Translations under genes and position numbers: made by a program | The notes under the pieces: generated by a model | Told to the model about the DNA's origin: nothing | Seen by the model: the letters and a program-made list of their open reading frames with translations, nothing else | The model's database searches: none | From: Paramoeba atlantica | Taxonomy: Eukaryota > Protista > Discosea | Direction of reading: 5' to 3' | DNA: 64,000 nucleotides | NCBI GenBank assembly: GCA_977017575.1 | Contig: CDRNVI010000163.1 | Span: 134,518-198,517 of the forward strand | Shown here: piece by piece, positions 10,127 to 23,729 of the stretch | How the letters are laid out: every line of letters begins with the position of its first letter | Numbering within the stretch: position 1 is the stretch's first letter

Positions 10127-10559
10127 AAACCAAAAAGATTTTCTATGAAACAGCCAAAATTTTTGAAGTCTTTTTGGCCATTATTTTAGCCATTTAGTTT
10201 TGGCTAAATTGGGAAGGTGAATTTCGAGCGAAAAGAGAGAAGAAAAAAGAGACGCACAAACAGCGGGTGTGGGAGAGAGAGGCGAGATGAAAGTTGCTGA
10301 TGGTCTTTCTTGTGAGATGAGGGACCTGAGTGACAGACAATCGAAAGAAGAGAGAAAGAGAGGGAGAGGAGGAGGAGATAATTGATGAATTTGAGAGTCC
10401 TTTTAATTTTTTACCAATGAGAGAAATTTCTTTTTGAAAGATTCGTTTCAACCCTGTCACTTCAGGCAATTCTTCTTTTCTCTCTCTTTTTTTTTTCTCT
10501 CTCTTCTTTTGACTCTGATTTTTTCCATTTCTTTTTTTTTTGAGTCTTGAGAGACTTTT

Positions 10560-10930
10560 CTCAAACTTTCTTTTGAGCTCTCTGCCAGCTTTTGCCGATT
10601 GATGGGGGTGATATTTCCCCATCTATCTTTCACATCTGGCAAATATTTTAATTTTGGAGATGAAAAACAAATGCGATTGAGAATGTAAATTGTTGATTTT
10701 TCAGTTTCATTCTTGAATTGAACTTTTGTTGTTGTTTGCTCCTCACATTTTTTTTCCAATGAAAACCCAAACCACACCTTGGGAGAGAAAAAAAACAAAA
10801 AAAAAACAAAAAAAAAAAAAATGCCAGCTTTTGCTGAGGAATGGAAAATTTTTTCTCCTCCATCCATCTTTCACATCTGGCAAAGATAATTAATTGGTGA
10901 AGATTTAAAACCAAACTCTCAAGTGAATAT
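10560..10930. repeat. Diverged local duplication of about 100 bp
   Basis: TGCCAGCTTTTGC...CATCTTTCACATCTGGCAAA occurs at about 10583-10642 and about 10822-10883. Confidence 0.7.
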
Positions 10931-11097
10931 TCCATTCGCGAATGATTTTTGTTTGGAAAGTTGTCCTTCCAAAATTCTGATTTTTTTAACAACCAAAAAA
11001 GATTTGGACAAGAGAAAATTGAACAAGAATATGATTGTGAAGGAGACGAAAAGAGAAAAAAGAAAAAGGAGAAAAGAAAAAGTTATTTCAGAAAGAA

Positions 11098-11899
11098 ATA
11101 ATCAAATATCAAACAGGATTGGCCGTGTCAATCTTAGTCATAATGGTCATATATTGTGGTGTCGATCCCATCTCCGCTCTTGACCAAATGACAGAGTTCT
11201 TTTTCTTTCAATTTCCCTCCTCTCTCTCTCTTTCTTTTAAGATTTATCTCCCACTCTCTCTCATTTTTTCTTTTTCTCAGTAATATTTATTATACAGAGC
11301 AAAACAATGAAAAATACCAAATTCAAGACTGGGAAGGGATATCTCAACCAAGCCTGGGCTTATCTTAAAAAAGAGGGAGATGATGGGAGGCTCGACTTCA
11401 AAAGAACCATTTTTGTCGTTTCGGAATGTGAGGGGGGGGGTGCCATTGGAGTCCCATCTGCCTTCTGGTTGGTTTTCCTTTTTTTATCTTTCTGAAGAAG
11501 ACGGGAAGGTGCAGTGGAAGCCGTATCATCATTTTCATCAAAATTGACAAGCTTTTCCAGGATTCATTTTTCTCGTGATCCACTGAATAGGGGAGGTGGG
11601 CACTACTTTTTCGTTGATTCTTGTCGCCGAGCAAATGTTGGCCTTGTTGTGGAAATGGTTCGTTCTGGCATTTGGAGTCGGACCATGGGAGGGGAAATCT
11701 TTTGAAGATGGATTTGATCACTCTCGTGGAGGATACCACCCAGGCTGCAAATTGTTGGGATGCAGGAGAAATTTCTTCCAATTCATCCGACCAACATATG
11801 GCTGTGAAAGGAAAAGACGCTGCAATCACTGCACACATGAGATATTCCCAAGGAGCATTTGAGCAATGTTATGTCTTCCCTCTCATCGTTGAAGTATAA
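11098..11899 (+). pseudogene. Unidentified coding-like, frame-disrupted region
   Basis: GC content is higher than in neighbouring introns and the fragments look protein-like (TGLAVSILVIMVIYCGVDPISALDQ; KGYLNQAWAYLKKE; LKMDLITLVEDTTQAANCWD). I could not build a continuous spliced ORF on either strand. Confidence 0.25.
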
Positions 11900-12258
11900 A
11901 CAGGCTGTTATCGAAGGGGAGGCTGCCACTGAGATTGATGATGATGAGAAGAAAAGAAATGAGAAAGCAGAAAAAAGAGAACACAAAACTCACCAAAAAT
12001 GAAACGACACTCACCAAAATAAAGGACTTTTTGTTGGTGTCCCTTTTTTTCGCTGAAACTTTATTTTTGGGAGCCCTCTTTTTTCTGTTTTTTGGAGAAT
12101 GTTTTGGTTGAAAGATAATCAGTGAATGTTTTTTGCCATTTTTTTTTCGATTCTTTTCTTTTCAACAAAAAAACAAAAACTTTTGTTTTTTGAAAAAGAA
12201 AAAACTTTCTTTGGTTGTTTTTGAAAAAAGAAAAAAGAAAACTTCACATATCGCCCAA

Positions 12259-15059
12259 AATGTCTGTCTTGTCGAATTTTTGGAGTCTTGTTGACGACGA
12301 AGAGGAGGAACGAAACCAGAAAGAGACAACTTCTTCTTCTTCGAATGTTGAAAAGAAGAAAACTTCTTCTTCTTTTTCTGCTGATGAATATTCTTTGGCC
12401 AGGCCTTTGAGTCTTTTGTTTGCGTCTTTTCTTGAATGAGAAATGTGGAAAGAAGAGAGAGAGAGAAACACCTTCGTTTTCGAGAGAGAGAAGAGAGAAG
12501 AGATCAAACGATTTCTTTCTTTCTTCTTTTCTTCTTCTTTTTCTCTTGTGTTGGACATGAGTGAAAAAAAGGTCAAAAGCGACTTCACATGATGAAAATA
12601 TCATTTTCTTCTTCTCATTATTTTCGAGAAGAAGAATAAAAAATTTTGGAACAAAATTACTCCGAAAAATTGGATCTCTTTTTTTTTTCTTTTTTCTTTG
12701 TTTCTTTTCTTTGTTTTCTTTCTTCTTTTTTTTCTTTGTTTCTTTGTTTCTTTTTCTTTCTTTTCATCACTTTTTATCAAAAAAAAAAAAGTGATGGAGT
12801 GGAAAGATGAAGATAGTGAAGTTTGGAATGTGATGGCAAAACCTTTGTTGCAATTGATGAAGAATCTTTCTTCTCATTTTTCTCAGATCAAGAATTGGAG
12901 TTTGAGTCGTTTTACTTCTCTCAAACGAAATGAGGTTTTTCTTTTTTTCTTTTTCTTTCTTTTTTTCTTTTTTCTTTTTCTTTTTCTTTTTCTTTTGAAA
13001 TGAAAAATTTAAGAGAAAAATCATTTTCTCTCTTTTTTTTCTCTGATTTCTTTTCTTCTTCTTCAAGATGGAATTGTGTTCATTAATTGGTGATTCATTG
13101 AGAGAATATTGGGACAATATTTTGCTTTTTACAGTATTTTCTTTTCTTTTTCTTTTTCTTCTTTTTTCTCTTTCCTTTCTTTTCTTTCTTTTCTTTTCTT
13201 CTCTTTCTTTTCTGACTTGAATAAAAATAAATAAAGTCAGAAAAGAAATCAAAAGTCCCACAACTTGATAACCCAACACAAACTCATTGGGCAATCTCTT
13301 TTCGAATGATTCTTGAGGTAATTTGTGATCTATTTTTTGAAGAAAAGAGAAGAGAGAGAATGGGAAAAGAGAAGAGAAAAGAAGAAGAGAGAGAGAAAGC
13401 AATAACTTTGAAAAAGGGGACGGGAAAAGAAATTGAAGAAGAAAAGAGTCATCAAGCTCGAAAAGCTCTCCTTTTCTTTCTTGAGGTTTTCTTCTTTTTT
13501 TCTATTCTTTTTTTCTTTTTCTTTCTTTTCTTCCTTGATTCATCAAACCACTCCACATTATCAATTCATTTTATGAATGAATAAAAAGAGAACAACAGAA
13601 AAAGAGGGTTGTGAAAGTTTTGTAGGAGAATCATGATTCCGATATTTAATTAATTTGCTCATTATTTATTTCATAATTAATTAATTAATTGATTTAATAA
13701 TAATAATAATAATAAATAAATAAAAGAGAACAACGGAAAAAGAGAGTTGTGAAAGTTTTGTAGGAGAATCACTGCTAAAATATTTGAGTTCTCATTTTAT
13801 TGATCCCTGTAATGCTTTTATTGGTATGACTCCTTCTCATCGTCTCATTTTTGGTTTGTTTTTCTTTCTCATTTTCTTCTTTTTTTTCTTTTTCTTTTTC
13901 TTTTTGCAAAAAAATGTTTGTTGATTTATATAATTTTATTGTTGTTCTCATTTCTGTTATTTTTCTTTTTCTTCTTTCTTTTCCCAAAATCTTAAACAAT
14001 CAATAGAAACGGCAAAACCACAAAAATCACTTGCAATAAAAAGTGTACAAGAAACTCAATTCGAAAAAATTCAATCTCTCCTTACGGTTTCTTCTCCTTC
14101 TCCACTTTTTTTACTTTCTTTCTCTCTTTTCATTTTCTTTCTCTTTTTTTCTCTCTCTCTTTCTCTCTCTCTTCTTCTCTTTCTTATTCTTGTTGACAGT
14201 CTAAGAAAAGAAAAGAAATCAAACTTCGATCAGCTCTTGTCTCACAAAAACGGTTCTTCTCCAATTTTTTTTTTTATTTCTGAATTTTCCTGAATTTTTT
14301 TTAATAGGGGACGATCGAGAACCGACAATAAGTTTCTCTTCTTTTCTCTTCTCTTCTCTTCTCTTCTCTTCTTGTTGATCCCTATTTTCACAATTAATTT
14401 TGAATATTGAATACTCTTCTTTTCTAATTCCTTCTTTTCTTTCTTTTTTTCTCCAACATAGAATTTCTCAATTCCAACCACCATCAACATCAACATCAAC
14501 AACAACATCATCAACACCATTATCATCTCTTTTATCGACCTTGCCTTTATCGCCAAAAATGGCAACGACGGCATCAACAACACCACCATCAACAATCCCG
14601 TTTTTATTATCTTCATCTTCATCTACAACGACAACACCATCTTCATCTTCAACAACAACAACAACAACAACATTACCATCTCCATCAACTGCAAAAATCG
14701 CATCTCCACTCTCATCATCTATACCAAAAATAAGAGATTTCTCTTCTCCCTCTCTCACTCTCTCTTCTCCCTCCTCTCCTCTCTCAGCCCTCTCTCTCCT
14801 TCCCCTCTCTCCTTCCCCCTCTTCTCTCTCTCCCCCCTCTTCTTCTCCCCTCTCTCCCCTCCCATCTTCCAAAAGAAAAGCATTTTACCAAAAGAACAGT
14901 TTCCCTCTTCCTTCTTATTCTTATTCTTGTGAGAGAGAAGAACTCTTTCATCTTGAAGAGTTGTTGTGTTTGTGGGCTGAGATTGATGATGATGCTTTTT
15001 TGGCTTTTCAAGTTCGGAAATGGGTTCTTGAAAAGCGTTTAAGAGAGGTTTTTATTTAG

Positions 15060-15142
<83 letters not shown>

Positions 15143-15268
15143 TTATTATTTATTTATTTATTTATTTATTATTTATTTTATCAATTATCAATTATTAATT
15201 ATTATTCTTTCTTGTAAAATGATAAATATATTTTTGTCTTTTTATTTATTTGTTTGTTATTTTTTGTT

Positions 15269-15299
<31 letters not shown>

Positions 15300-17365
15300 T
15301 TATTTTATTTTATTTTGTTCCCTTATTCTGATTTCTTTATTTTTGAATAGAAACATCAAATAACCGGAGAAAGAGAAGAGAAGAGAGAAGAGAGGAGAGA
15401 AGAGGAGAGAAGAGAGAGAAATGAAGAAGGGGAGAGAGATTTGGGCGGAGATAAAAACTTGATGAGGAAAGAAATTTTTTATGCAAAAGTTCTCTTTTTC
15501 TCTTTTTCTCTTTTTCTTTTTTTTTCATTTCTTTTTCTTTTTCTTTTCTCTCTTTTCTCTTTCTCTCTCCTCTCTCTTCTCATTGAAATGAAAAGGACGA
15601 AGAACATGTGGATCAGGCAATGGAAGCTCTTCTTACTTTACGGTTCTCTCTCTCTCCTTCTCTCTCCCTTCTCTCTTTTCTCTCCCTTCTCTCTTTTTTA
15701 TTTTTTTTTGAATTGAATAGGAGAGATTATGCCGCAGATGAAAAATATCAAATGGTTTCTCTTTCTCTTCTCTTTCTTCTCTTTCTTCTCTCTCTCTCTC
15801 TTTCTTTTCTAATCTTTCTTCTCTTTCTCTCTCTTCTCTCAAAGGAGTCAGATAGTGTTTTTGAGACGCTTCGGGTTCTTCTTCCTTTTTCTTCTTCTTT
15901 TGTTTTAAAATTTCTCTCACTTCTCTCTCTCTCTCTCTTTTTTATTTTCCTCTTCTCCCTTCTCTTCTCTCTTCTCTCTTCTCTCTTCTCTCTTCTCTTG
16001 ACAGGGAACACTTGTAATAATCCAATTACCAGAAACATTCAAAAAAAGTGACAAACAACTCAAATATTGTTTTGGAAACGCTTCTCTTCCCTCTCTTCTT
16101 CTTGACCTGAGAGAGAGAGAGAGGAATGAAGGAGAGGAAGAGGAGAGAGAGAGAGGAGAGAGAGGGGGAGAGAGAGGGGGAGAGAGAGAGAGGAAGAAGA
16201 GAGAGGGGTTGTTTCTTTTTGGGAGGATATTGTTTGGTTCTGTGGAGAGAGAGAGGGCGATTGTTTCGATTTCTCCTTTTGAGTTTGGGGGGAAGAGAGA
16301 GAGGGCCAGGTGGGCTTATTCTCTTGCTCTTCCTCCTGTTCAAGAGGTTTTTTTTTTTAAATTTTTTTTAATTTTTTTTTTAAATTTTTTTTTAATTTTT
16401 TTTTTAATTTTTTTTTTTAATTTTTTTTTTAATTTTTTTTTTTTAAATTTTTTTTTCTCTCTCTTTTTTGTTCTCGAAATGAAGAATGAAAGAATAAATC
16501 TTATAATAAAATAAATAAAATAAAATAAAATAAAATAAAATAAAATAAAATAAAATAAAATAAAAAACAAAACAAAATAGGAAGAGACAGAAATAGAGTC
16601 GATGATTGTTGTGGAGGTGGGTCTCCAAAATATTTATCCTTTTTCTTCTTATGGGTTTTTTTATTTATTTTTTCTTTATTTTTTCTTTTCTTTTTTTCTT
16701 TTTTTTCTTTTTTTTTTCTTTTTTTTTTTCTTTTTTTTCTTTTTTTTTCTTTTTTTTTTCATTTTTTTTTCATTTTTTTTAAAATTGTTTCTTTTCTTTT
16801 TTTTCTCAAGAGAACAAATCGAAGAGCCAAAGTTTACATTTGTAGAAGAGCCTCTTTTTCATGTTTATGAGGTCAATTTTATTTTATTTTTATTTTTTCC
16901 TTTCTTTTCTTTTCTTTTCTTTTCTTTTCTTTTCTTTTCTTGGAATTGTTATTCTCTGTTTTTTTTATTATTATTAAAATATTCTATTTCTTTCTTGTTT
17001 TTCTTCTCTTTCCTCTCTCTCTTCTTTCTCTCTCTCTCTCTCTCCTTTTTCAGATTGCATCAAAAGAGATAAAATGGAGAATAGGATCACTTTTAAGCCA
17101 ACAAGGAATTCCCTCTGAATTTTTAATTCAACTCTTTTCCTCGAATAATTCACCTTCTTTTCGTAATGTTTTCTTTTTGTTATCAAAATCAAAGAAATAA
17201 AGAAGAAACAAAGAAGAAATAAAAAAGAAGAATTATTTATCAAAAAATAAAAATAAAAATAAAAATAAAAAACAAACCAATAATCAATAATCAATAATCA
17301 ATAATAAATAATAAATAAAAAATAAAAAATAAAAAATAAAAAATAATAAATAAAAAATAAAAAAT

Positions 17366-17397
<32 letters not shown>

Positions 17398-20300
17398 TAA
17401 AAAAAAACAGCGAAAGATATATTTGAATGTGAATATTTATGTCATCAATTGACCCAAATGGATCGAATTGCTTCTACTCATATTACAGAAGTTCTCTCTC
17501 TCTCTCTTTCTCTCTTTCTCTCTCTCTTCTCTCTCTTTTCTTTATGTCATCATCGATTACCTCTCTTCTCCTCTCTCACCCATTCTTCTCACCATTCCCT
17601 TTCTCCCTTCCCTCTCCTCTCTCCCTTTTCTCTCACCCTTTCCCCTCTCCCTCTCCTCTCTCCCTTTTCTCTCCCTCTCTCCTCTCTCCCTCTCTCCCTT
17701 CCCTCTCTCCCTTCCCTCTCTCCTCTCTCCTCTCTCCTCTCTCCTCTCTCCTCTCTCCTCTCTCCTCTCTCCCTTCTTTCTTCTCTTTTCCAAAAAATAA
17801 ATAAAATAACAGAAATCAGAATGGGGGGAGGAATTAACTTTGTGGATGAATTGTTCTCTTCTTGCTTCTCTTCAAGCTTTGAAATTTCAACGCCAGGTCT
17901 TATTTTCTCTTTCTCTCTTTCTTTTCTCTCTTTGTCTCTTTCTCTCTCTTTCTTCTTCTCTCTCTCTCAATCTCTCTTTCTCTTTCTTTTAGGTTTTCTT
18001 TCCTGAGATTGGGATTTACGAGGATGGCTTTCGAAAATATGCTGCTCAAGTCCTTTTCTTTTTCTCTTTTTTTTTTTTTGCTATTTTTTGTTTGTTTTTT
18101 ATTTTGTTTTTTATTTTTTGTTTGTTTTTTGGTTTCTTTTTTTTTGTGTTTGATTCATTTCTTTTCTCTATTTCTCCCTCTCTTCTTTCTCTCTTCTTTC
18201 TCTCTTCTTCTTTTTTCTCTTTCCTCTCTCTTATTAATTAGGTAATCAAATGTGCGACTATGAGATATGAGGGAATTCGGTCTCTTTTACGTTCAAAAAT
18301 TGGCGCTGTTGTTCAACATGTTCTCTCTTTTCTCTCTCTTTCTCTCTCCTCTCTCTTCTCTCTAATCTTATTCTTCTTTTTCTCCTTTCTCTCCTCTCTC
18401 TCCTTTCTCTCCTCTCTCTCTTGTTCCTCTTTCTCTCTCTTCTCTCTTCTAAGGTAAATGAGATACTTGATGGAACAGAGAAGGCAGATCTTACTTCTTG
18501 GTGGTTGCAAGAAATTGAGGTTCTCTCCTTTCTCTCTCTCTCTTCTCTCTTTCTTTTTTCTCTCTCTCCTTTCTCTCTCCCTTTCCTCTCTCTCCTTTTT
18601 CCTTTCTCACCCTTCTCTTTTCTCTCCCCTCTCCTCTCCTCTCTTTTCTCCCCTCTTATTCTCTCCTCTCTCTCTCTCTTCTCTTTCTTTCATTTTAGGA
18701 TTCCGTGGACTGTTATTTAGAGAGAGAGGGATTGTCATACTCTTTAAGTGATGATTATATTAATCAACCTCTTCAAAATCCTCTCAAGGTTTTCTCTCTC
18801 TCTCTCTCTCTCTCTTCTCTCTTACTCTCTTACTCTCTTTTCTTTCTTTCTCTTTTTCTCTTTCTCTTTCTCTCTCTTTCTCTGCTTTCTTTTTCTTTTC
18901 ATCTTTTCACAGAATCCTATTTTTATTAACTCCCTTCTTCTCTTTCTCCCTTTTCCTTCTTCTCTCTTTCTTTCTCTTTTTGTAGACACAAAAAGAACAC
19001 AAATTATTAGTTGAAATATTAACCCCAAATAAATCTGATTCTCATTTTCTTCTTCAGTTTGTTCAGGTTTTTTCTTTCTTTCTTTTTCTCTCTTTTCTCT
19101 TTTCTCTCTCTTCCTCTCTCTCTCCTCTTCCTCTCTTTCATGTCTCTCTTTCTATCTTTCTCTCTCCTTTCTCTCTCTCTCAAACAATCAAAAACAGGAA
19201 TTAAAAGAAAGAATTTATATTCGATTAAATTCATATATGAATGATGTCACCGCTGTTTTGGAATTGTTTAAAGACGAAATCTCTCTTGAGTTTCTCTCTC
19301 TCTTTTCTTTCTCTTTCTCTTTCTCTTCTCTCTCTTTTCTCTCTTCTCTTTCTCTCCCTTTCTCTCTTTTCTCTTATCTTTCTCTCTCTCTTTTCTCCTC
19401 TTTCTTTCTTTCTTTTTCTCTTCTCTTTCCCTTCTCTTTGTTCTCGTCTTTTTCTAAATTTCTTTTTGTCAGAAATGAGGATTCTTCATCTCAGGTTTCT
19501 TCTTTCTCCCTTCTCTTCTTTCTTCTCTCTTCTCTCTTCTCTTCTCTTTTCTCTCAAACTGTTTCTCTTTTTTCTTTCTTTTTGTCTTGGTTAATTTAAA
19601 AAAAAATAGAAATGTGTCAAAAGACATCTTTCAAAGATATTTACAAATAGGTTTTTTCTTTTTCTTTTCTAATTTCCTTTTTACTAACATCTTTTCTTTC
19701 TCTTTCCTTCTCTCTTTCTCTCTAGTATCAAGAGTATCCCAACACTGATGGCAGATTTAAAATATATTCAAGAAATGGAATCTCTCGAAGAAGAATTTGA
19801 AGTTCTTCTCTTTCTCTTTCTTTCTTTTTTTTCTTTCTCTTTTTTCTTTCTTTTCTTTCTCTCTTTCTCTCTCTTTTTCTTATTTTTTTCTCATTTTAAC
19901 ATTAATATAAATAGGAAAGAATTAAAACAGGAGAACAAAAGGCAACTCCTCTTCATCTCTCTCATGTTGTTCCTATTTCTGGTATTTTTCTTCTCTCTTT
20001 TTCTTCTCTCTTTTCACTTTTATTTTTTTCTCTCTTTTTCATATTTTTTCTTCTCTTTCTCTCTTCTTCTCCTCTTCCCTTCCCTCTCTCTCTTTCCTTT
20101 CTCTCTCTCTCTCTTTTCAGGATTAATATTTGGGAGAATAATGATAATAGAACAAGAGTACCAAACTGCACTAGATGTTTGGGCACCTCATCTTCTTAAA
20201 GAAAATCTCTTTCCTTCTCCTTCTCTCTCTTCTTCTCTCTCTTCTTCTACTTCTCTTTCTTCTCTCTCTTCTTCTCGGTTCTCTTCTTCTCCTTCTTGGC

Positions 20301-22348
20301 TCTCTTCTACCTCTTTTTCTTCTCTTTCTTTCCCTCCTCAAGAGGAGAGAAGAGATGAGAAAGAGAGAGAAGAGAAAGAAGGAGAGAGAAAGAGAGAAGA
20401 AAGAGAGGGAATTGTAGAGAGAAGGAGATCAAGGAGAGTTTCAACTGATACACTCAAATTTTTAGAACAATTATTATCAAATATTGAAGAGGAAGAGAGA
20501 GGAGAGAAGGAGAGAGAAGGGAAGAGAGAAGGGGAGAGAGGAGAGGAGAGAGAGAATATCGAAGAGGATTTAGATATGCAAGGTTTGGTTTCTTTTATTT
20601 ATTTATTTTTCATTTAATTTTACTTTCATTTTATTTCAAAAATATTGAAAAAATGATTTTTTTTGATTTATCAATTTTTGAGGAATCATTTTCAGTTTTA
20701 ATCTCATTTTTTTATTTTACAAAAAAGGTCCTATTCTCCGTCAACTATTAAATCGAAGTGAAACTTCTTCTTCTCTTCTCCACTTAACTGTCAGAAGGTT
20801 TCTTTTTCCTTTCTATTTCTCTTTCTTCCTTTTCTTTTTTCCCTCTCTTTTGTGCTGATTTTGGATCCAAAAAGTTCTCGATTATTCATAGAAAACCCAC
20901 AACAACTTTCGGAATCTCTGAACGAACATGGTCACGATAATTCGTCACACCTTCTTCCCCCGCGTCCTTCCATTTCCCCCTCTTCTCCTCTCTCTTCTCT
21001 CTCTTCTCTCTCTTCAACAACTGCTACTTCCCCTCTTTTGTTGTCTCCTCATTCCTATAGCAACTCTCCAATTTCTTCTCTCCCTTCTTCTACATTCCCT
21101 CCTCCTCTTTCTCCTCCTCACTCCTCTCTCCAACCTTCTTCTCCTTCTTTCTCTACACCTTCTTTCTCTTCTTCTTCTCGACGACGTTCAAATTCCCTTC
21201 CTCGATCTCCCTTCCCTCCTCCTTTCTCTTCTTCTCCAAGAAACCAAGCTTTTCTTTATCCCAACAAAGAAGAGAAACAAAATGAGAACGAGAGAAAAAG
21301 GATCCAAACAAGGTGGAAAGAGGAAGCGAGAGAGGTGGTGACAGTGGGGAAAACAAAAACAAAAACACCATCTTCAACGGCTACAACATCATTAATATCA
21401 AGACCAACTCCAACAAATCCAACATCAAGAACAAACAAAATAACAACATCATTAATCTCAAGATCAACACCAACATCTCCAGTTTTAAAACCAAAAATAG
21501 CACCATCACCATTAGCATCTTCTGCCTTCCCAACTCCAACATCAAAACCTAAACTAACATCATCCCGGTCGTCACCATCACCACCATCACCAACACCACC
21601 ACCACCACCACAAACACCAACAACATCATCATCAACGACATCGACAACAAGACCATCATCATCTTCATCACCAACATTAACAACAACATCAACAACTTCA
21701 ATAACAAGACCACCATCACCACCATCACCATCATCAACCTCAAAAAGACCACAACTAAAATACCTTTTTCAAATTAAAAAAAGACCAACAGCTCCCTCTC
21801 TCTATTCCTCTCAATCCACTCTCTCTCAATCTCTCGTCATCCGCTCTCTCTCTCCCCCTCCTCCCTCTCCCCCTCACTCCTCTCCCCCTCCACCCTCTGT
21901 TTATCAACAAACTAGAGAAACAGAAAAAAGAATAACGGACAAGAGTTTTGATGACCCAATAACCGACCTGACAACAGATATAACAATCAAATTAACAACA
22001 GATGAGACAATAGATGAGACAACAGACCATTTTATTGAAGACTTTCTTGAAGAACAAAAAACAGACAAAAAAGATCAAACAACAGAGAAAGAGAAAAGAG
22101 AGAGAATAATAGAGAAATCGACCCCAGGAAGAACATCTCCCCCAGCATGGAATGTTTCTCCCTCTCTGAGAACGCTGGCTTCTCCTCCTCTCTCTACTTT
22201 TGATCCAGGTTTTATTTGTGTTGTTTTGAAGAGTGAGAAAGCAAAAGAGGAAGAAGAGGAAGAAGAGGAAGAAGAGGAAGAAGAGAAAGAAGAGAAAGAA
22301 GAGAAAGAAGAGAAAGAAGAGAAAGAGATTCATTTCTTCTCTTTGTAA
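12259..22348 (+). CDS. Large multi-exon protein (more than 20 exons), possibly MUN/DUF810 (Munc13/PATROL1-like), with a Ser/Pro/Thr-rich and acidic C-terminal tail; 5' exons unresolved
   Basis: Short exons lie between CT-rich introns. They include IASKEIKWRIGSLLSQQGIPSEFLIQLF, VFFPEIGIYEDGF, LTSWWLQEIEDSVDCYLERE, ERIYIRLNSYMND and GPILRQLLNRSE, which resemble MUN-family segments in the expected order. The terminal exon is ORF 20852..22348. The family call is weak. Confidence 0.4.
15057..15300. repeat. (TATT)n intronic microsatellite
   Basis: Directly visible tetranucleotide array. Confidence 0.95.
16340..16570. repeat. (T8-10AA)n followed by (TAAAA)n intronic microsatellites
   Basis: Directly visible arrays. 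Confidence 0.9.
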
Positions 22349-22996
22349 AATTTGACAAAAACGAAAATAGTTGAAATGCCTTCATCTCCAAAAGCTCGGT
22401 TTCTTATTTTCTTTTTATCATTCTCAAAAGAATTTGTTGACTAATGTTTTTATTTTTTTGGATTTGCAGGGAAATTTTTGGAAGGTCAGGAAAACACAGA
22501 GGTTGAATCAATTGTTTTTTTTTAATTTTAATTATTCTTATTTTTTTTATTTATTTTCTTTTTATTTTCAGAAAGAGTGTTTCAAGAAAAGAACAAAAAA
22601 TGAATCTGAACCATAAAAAAAAATATGAATATCTGAATTGCCAAATTTCTCTCTTTCTTTTTCTTCTCTCAAAAAAAAATCTTTTTCATTGAAATGAGGG
22701 TCGAGTCTCCAAAGATTTTTTTTTTGAATTTTGAAAGAGATTTCATTTAAAATAGGATGGTTTTAAAAGAAAAGGGAATGGTCGTGCATTCAGAAAGATG
22801 TCTCATCCATTGAGAGGAGGAACTGGGGGTTTTTGAGAGAAGGGGGAGATGTACATCTGGGAAAAGGGGTTGTCTTTTTAAAAGGGAAGCTTTTCCAATT
22901 TCATATTTGTGGATTCATCAATAATTGTTTATAATATTAAAAATGGTTGAACAATTTATTGTTGGGAGACAATGGATGATGTTTTTCATTTCCCCC

Positions 22997-23422
22997 TCAC
23001 AACTCAAGATCAACATAATAAAAGGAATCAGGAGAATCAACCCAAATATACTCTGATTCATCCGAGGAAGGAGAATGGGTAGTAACAACATCATATCGAC
23101 TGACAGAATTTTGAAAGATTTGGAAGTGAAAAAACCCCACGCCATTTGTATTTGATGTTTCAGCTTGGAAAAGCAACTGAGTGGCGGAAGCAAAACCAGT
23201 CCATGTCTTACACCAATACTCATCCTTTTGCCAACTTCCAGTGGCAACAGAGCGACTATCAGTGCCAACAATAAGATGCCAAGTCATTGAATCACCTCCA
23301 CATGCTGAACAAGGTCCAGTTTTGGCGCAAACTTTATAATCATCCAGAGCATTCAAACTGTTTAGAAGGCTCAAGAAGATTGAGAGGGTTGAAAAGAATG
23401 TCAAAACATTCAATTGTGACAT
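22997..23422 (-). CDS. Small secreted Cys-containing protein, paralog 1 (141 aa), possibly PLAT/LH2-like
   Basis: ATG 23422. A hydrophobic signal peptide (LTFFSTLSIFLSLLNSLNA) is followed by YKVCAKTGPCSACGG. Intronless and a clear paralog of 23730..24167. Confidence 0.8.
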   Translation of the reverse strand: MSQLNVLTFFSTLSIFLSLLNSLNALDDYKVCAKTGPCSACGGDSMTWHLIVGTDSRSVATGSWQKDEYWCKTWTGFASATQLLFQAETSNTNGVGFFHFQIFQNSVSRYDVVTTHSPSSDESEYIWVDSPDSFYYVDLEL

Positions 23423-23729
23423 CTTGGGCTCGAAAAATCGGAAAAGAATCAAAGAGAGAAGGTTTGAGAAGGAAGAAGAAGAAGAAGAGAAGAATCCAAA
23501 ACCAAAAAAGGAGAGAAGAGAATCGAGAGCGACAAATCTGATCGAGCAACACAACCCAACAGAAATCGGAACAAGAAACAAAACAAAAAAAGAGAAAAAC
23601 AAAGAAAAAAAAAATTAGAAAAAAAATTTTAGGCGCAAAACTCACCCAAAAATAATTGAGGAGGTCGGGAAAAAAAAAATAATTCTTTGAAAATTCTTTA
23701 AAAATAGATTCATCCATTTAATGGAGTCA

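Noticed and set aside
6600-10250. Terminal inverted repeats or TSD around the transposase
   Set aside because: Only short local inverted motifs were seen (for example TTTAGCCA/TGGCTAAA near 10185-10208), with no matching partner at the other end.
12036-12043. GGTGTCCC as a third promoter-motif copy
   Set aside because: It may lie in a degenerate minus-strand exon (…AKKRDTNKK…), so it cannot be counted as regulatory.
17409-19800. RasGEF call for the large gene (LCHQLTQMD, IPTLMADLKYIQE)
   Set aside because: The hallmark NNF and PYLG motifs are missing and the order of other segments fits MUN/DUF810 better. It remains an alternative.
15300-20600. Dozens of Leu/Ser/Phe- or Arg/Glu/Lys-rich ORFs in the track, here and throughout 24500-33000
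   Set aside because: They are translations of (CT)n/(GA)n intronic microsatellites and are stop-free only because of composition.
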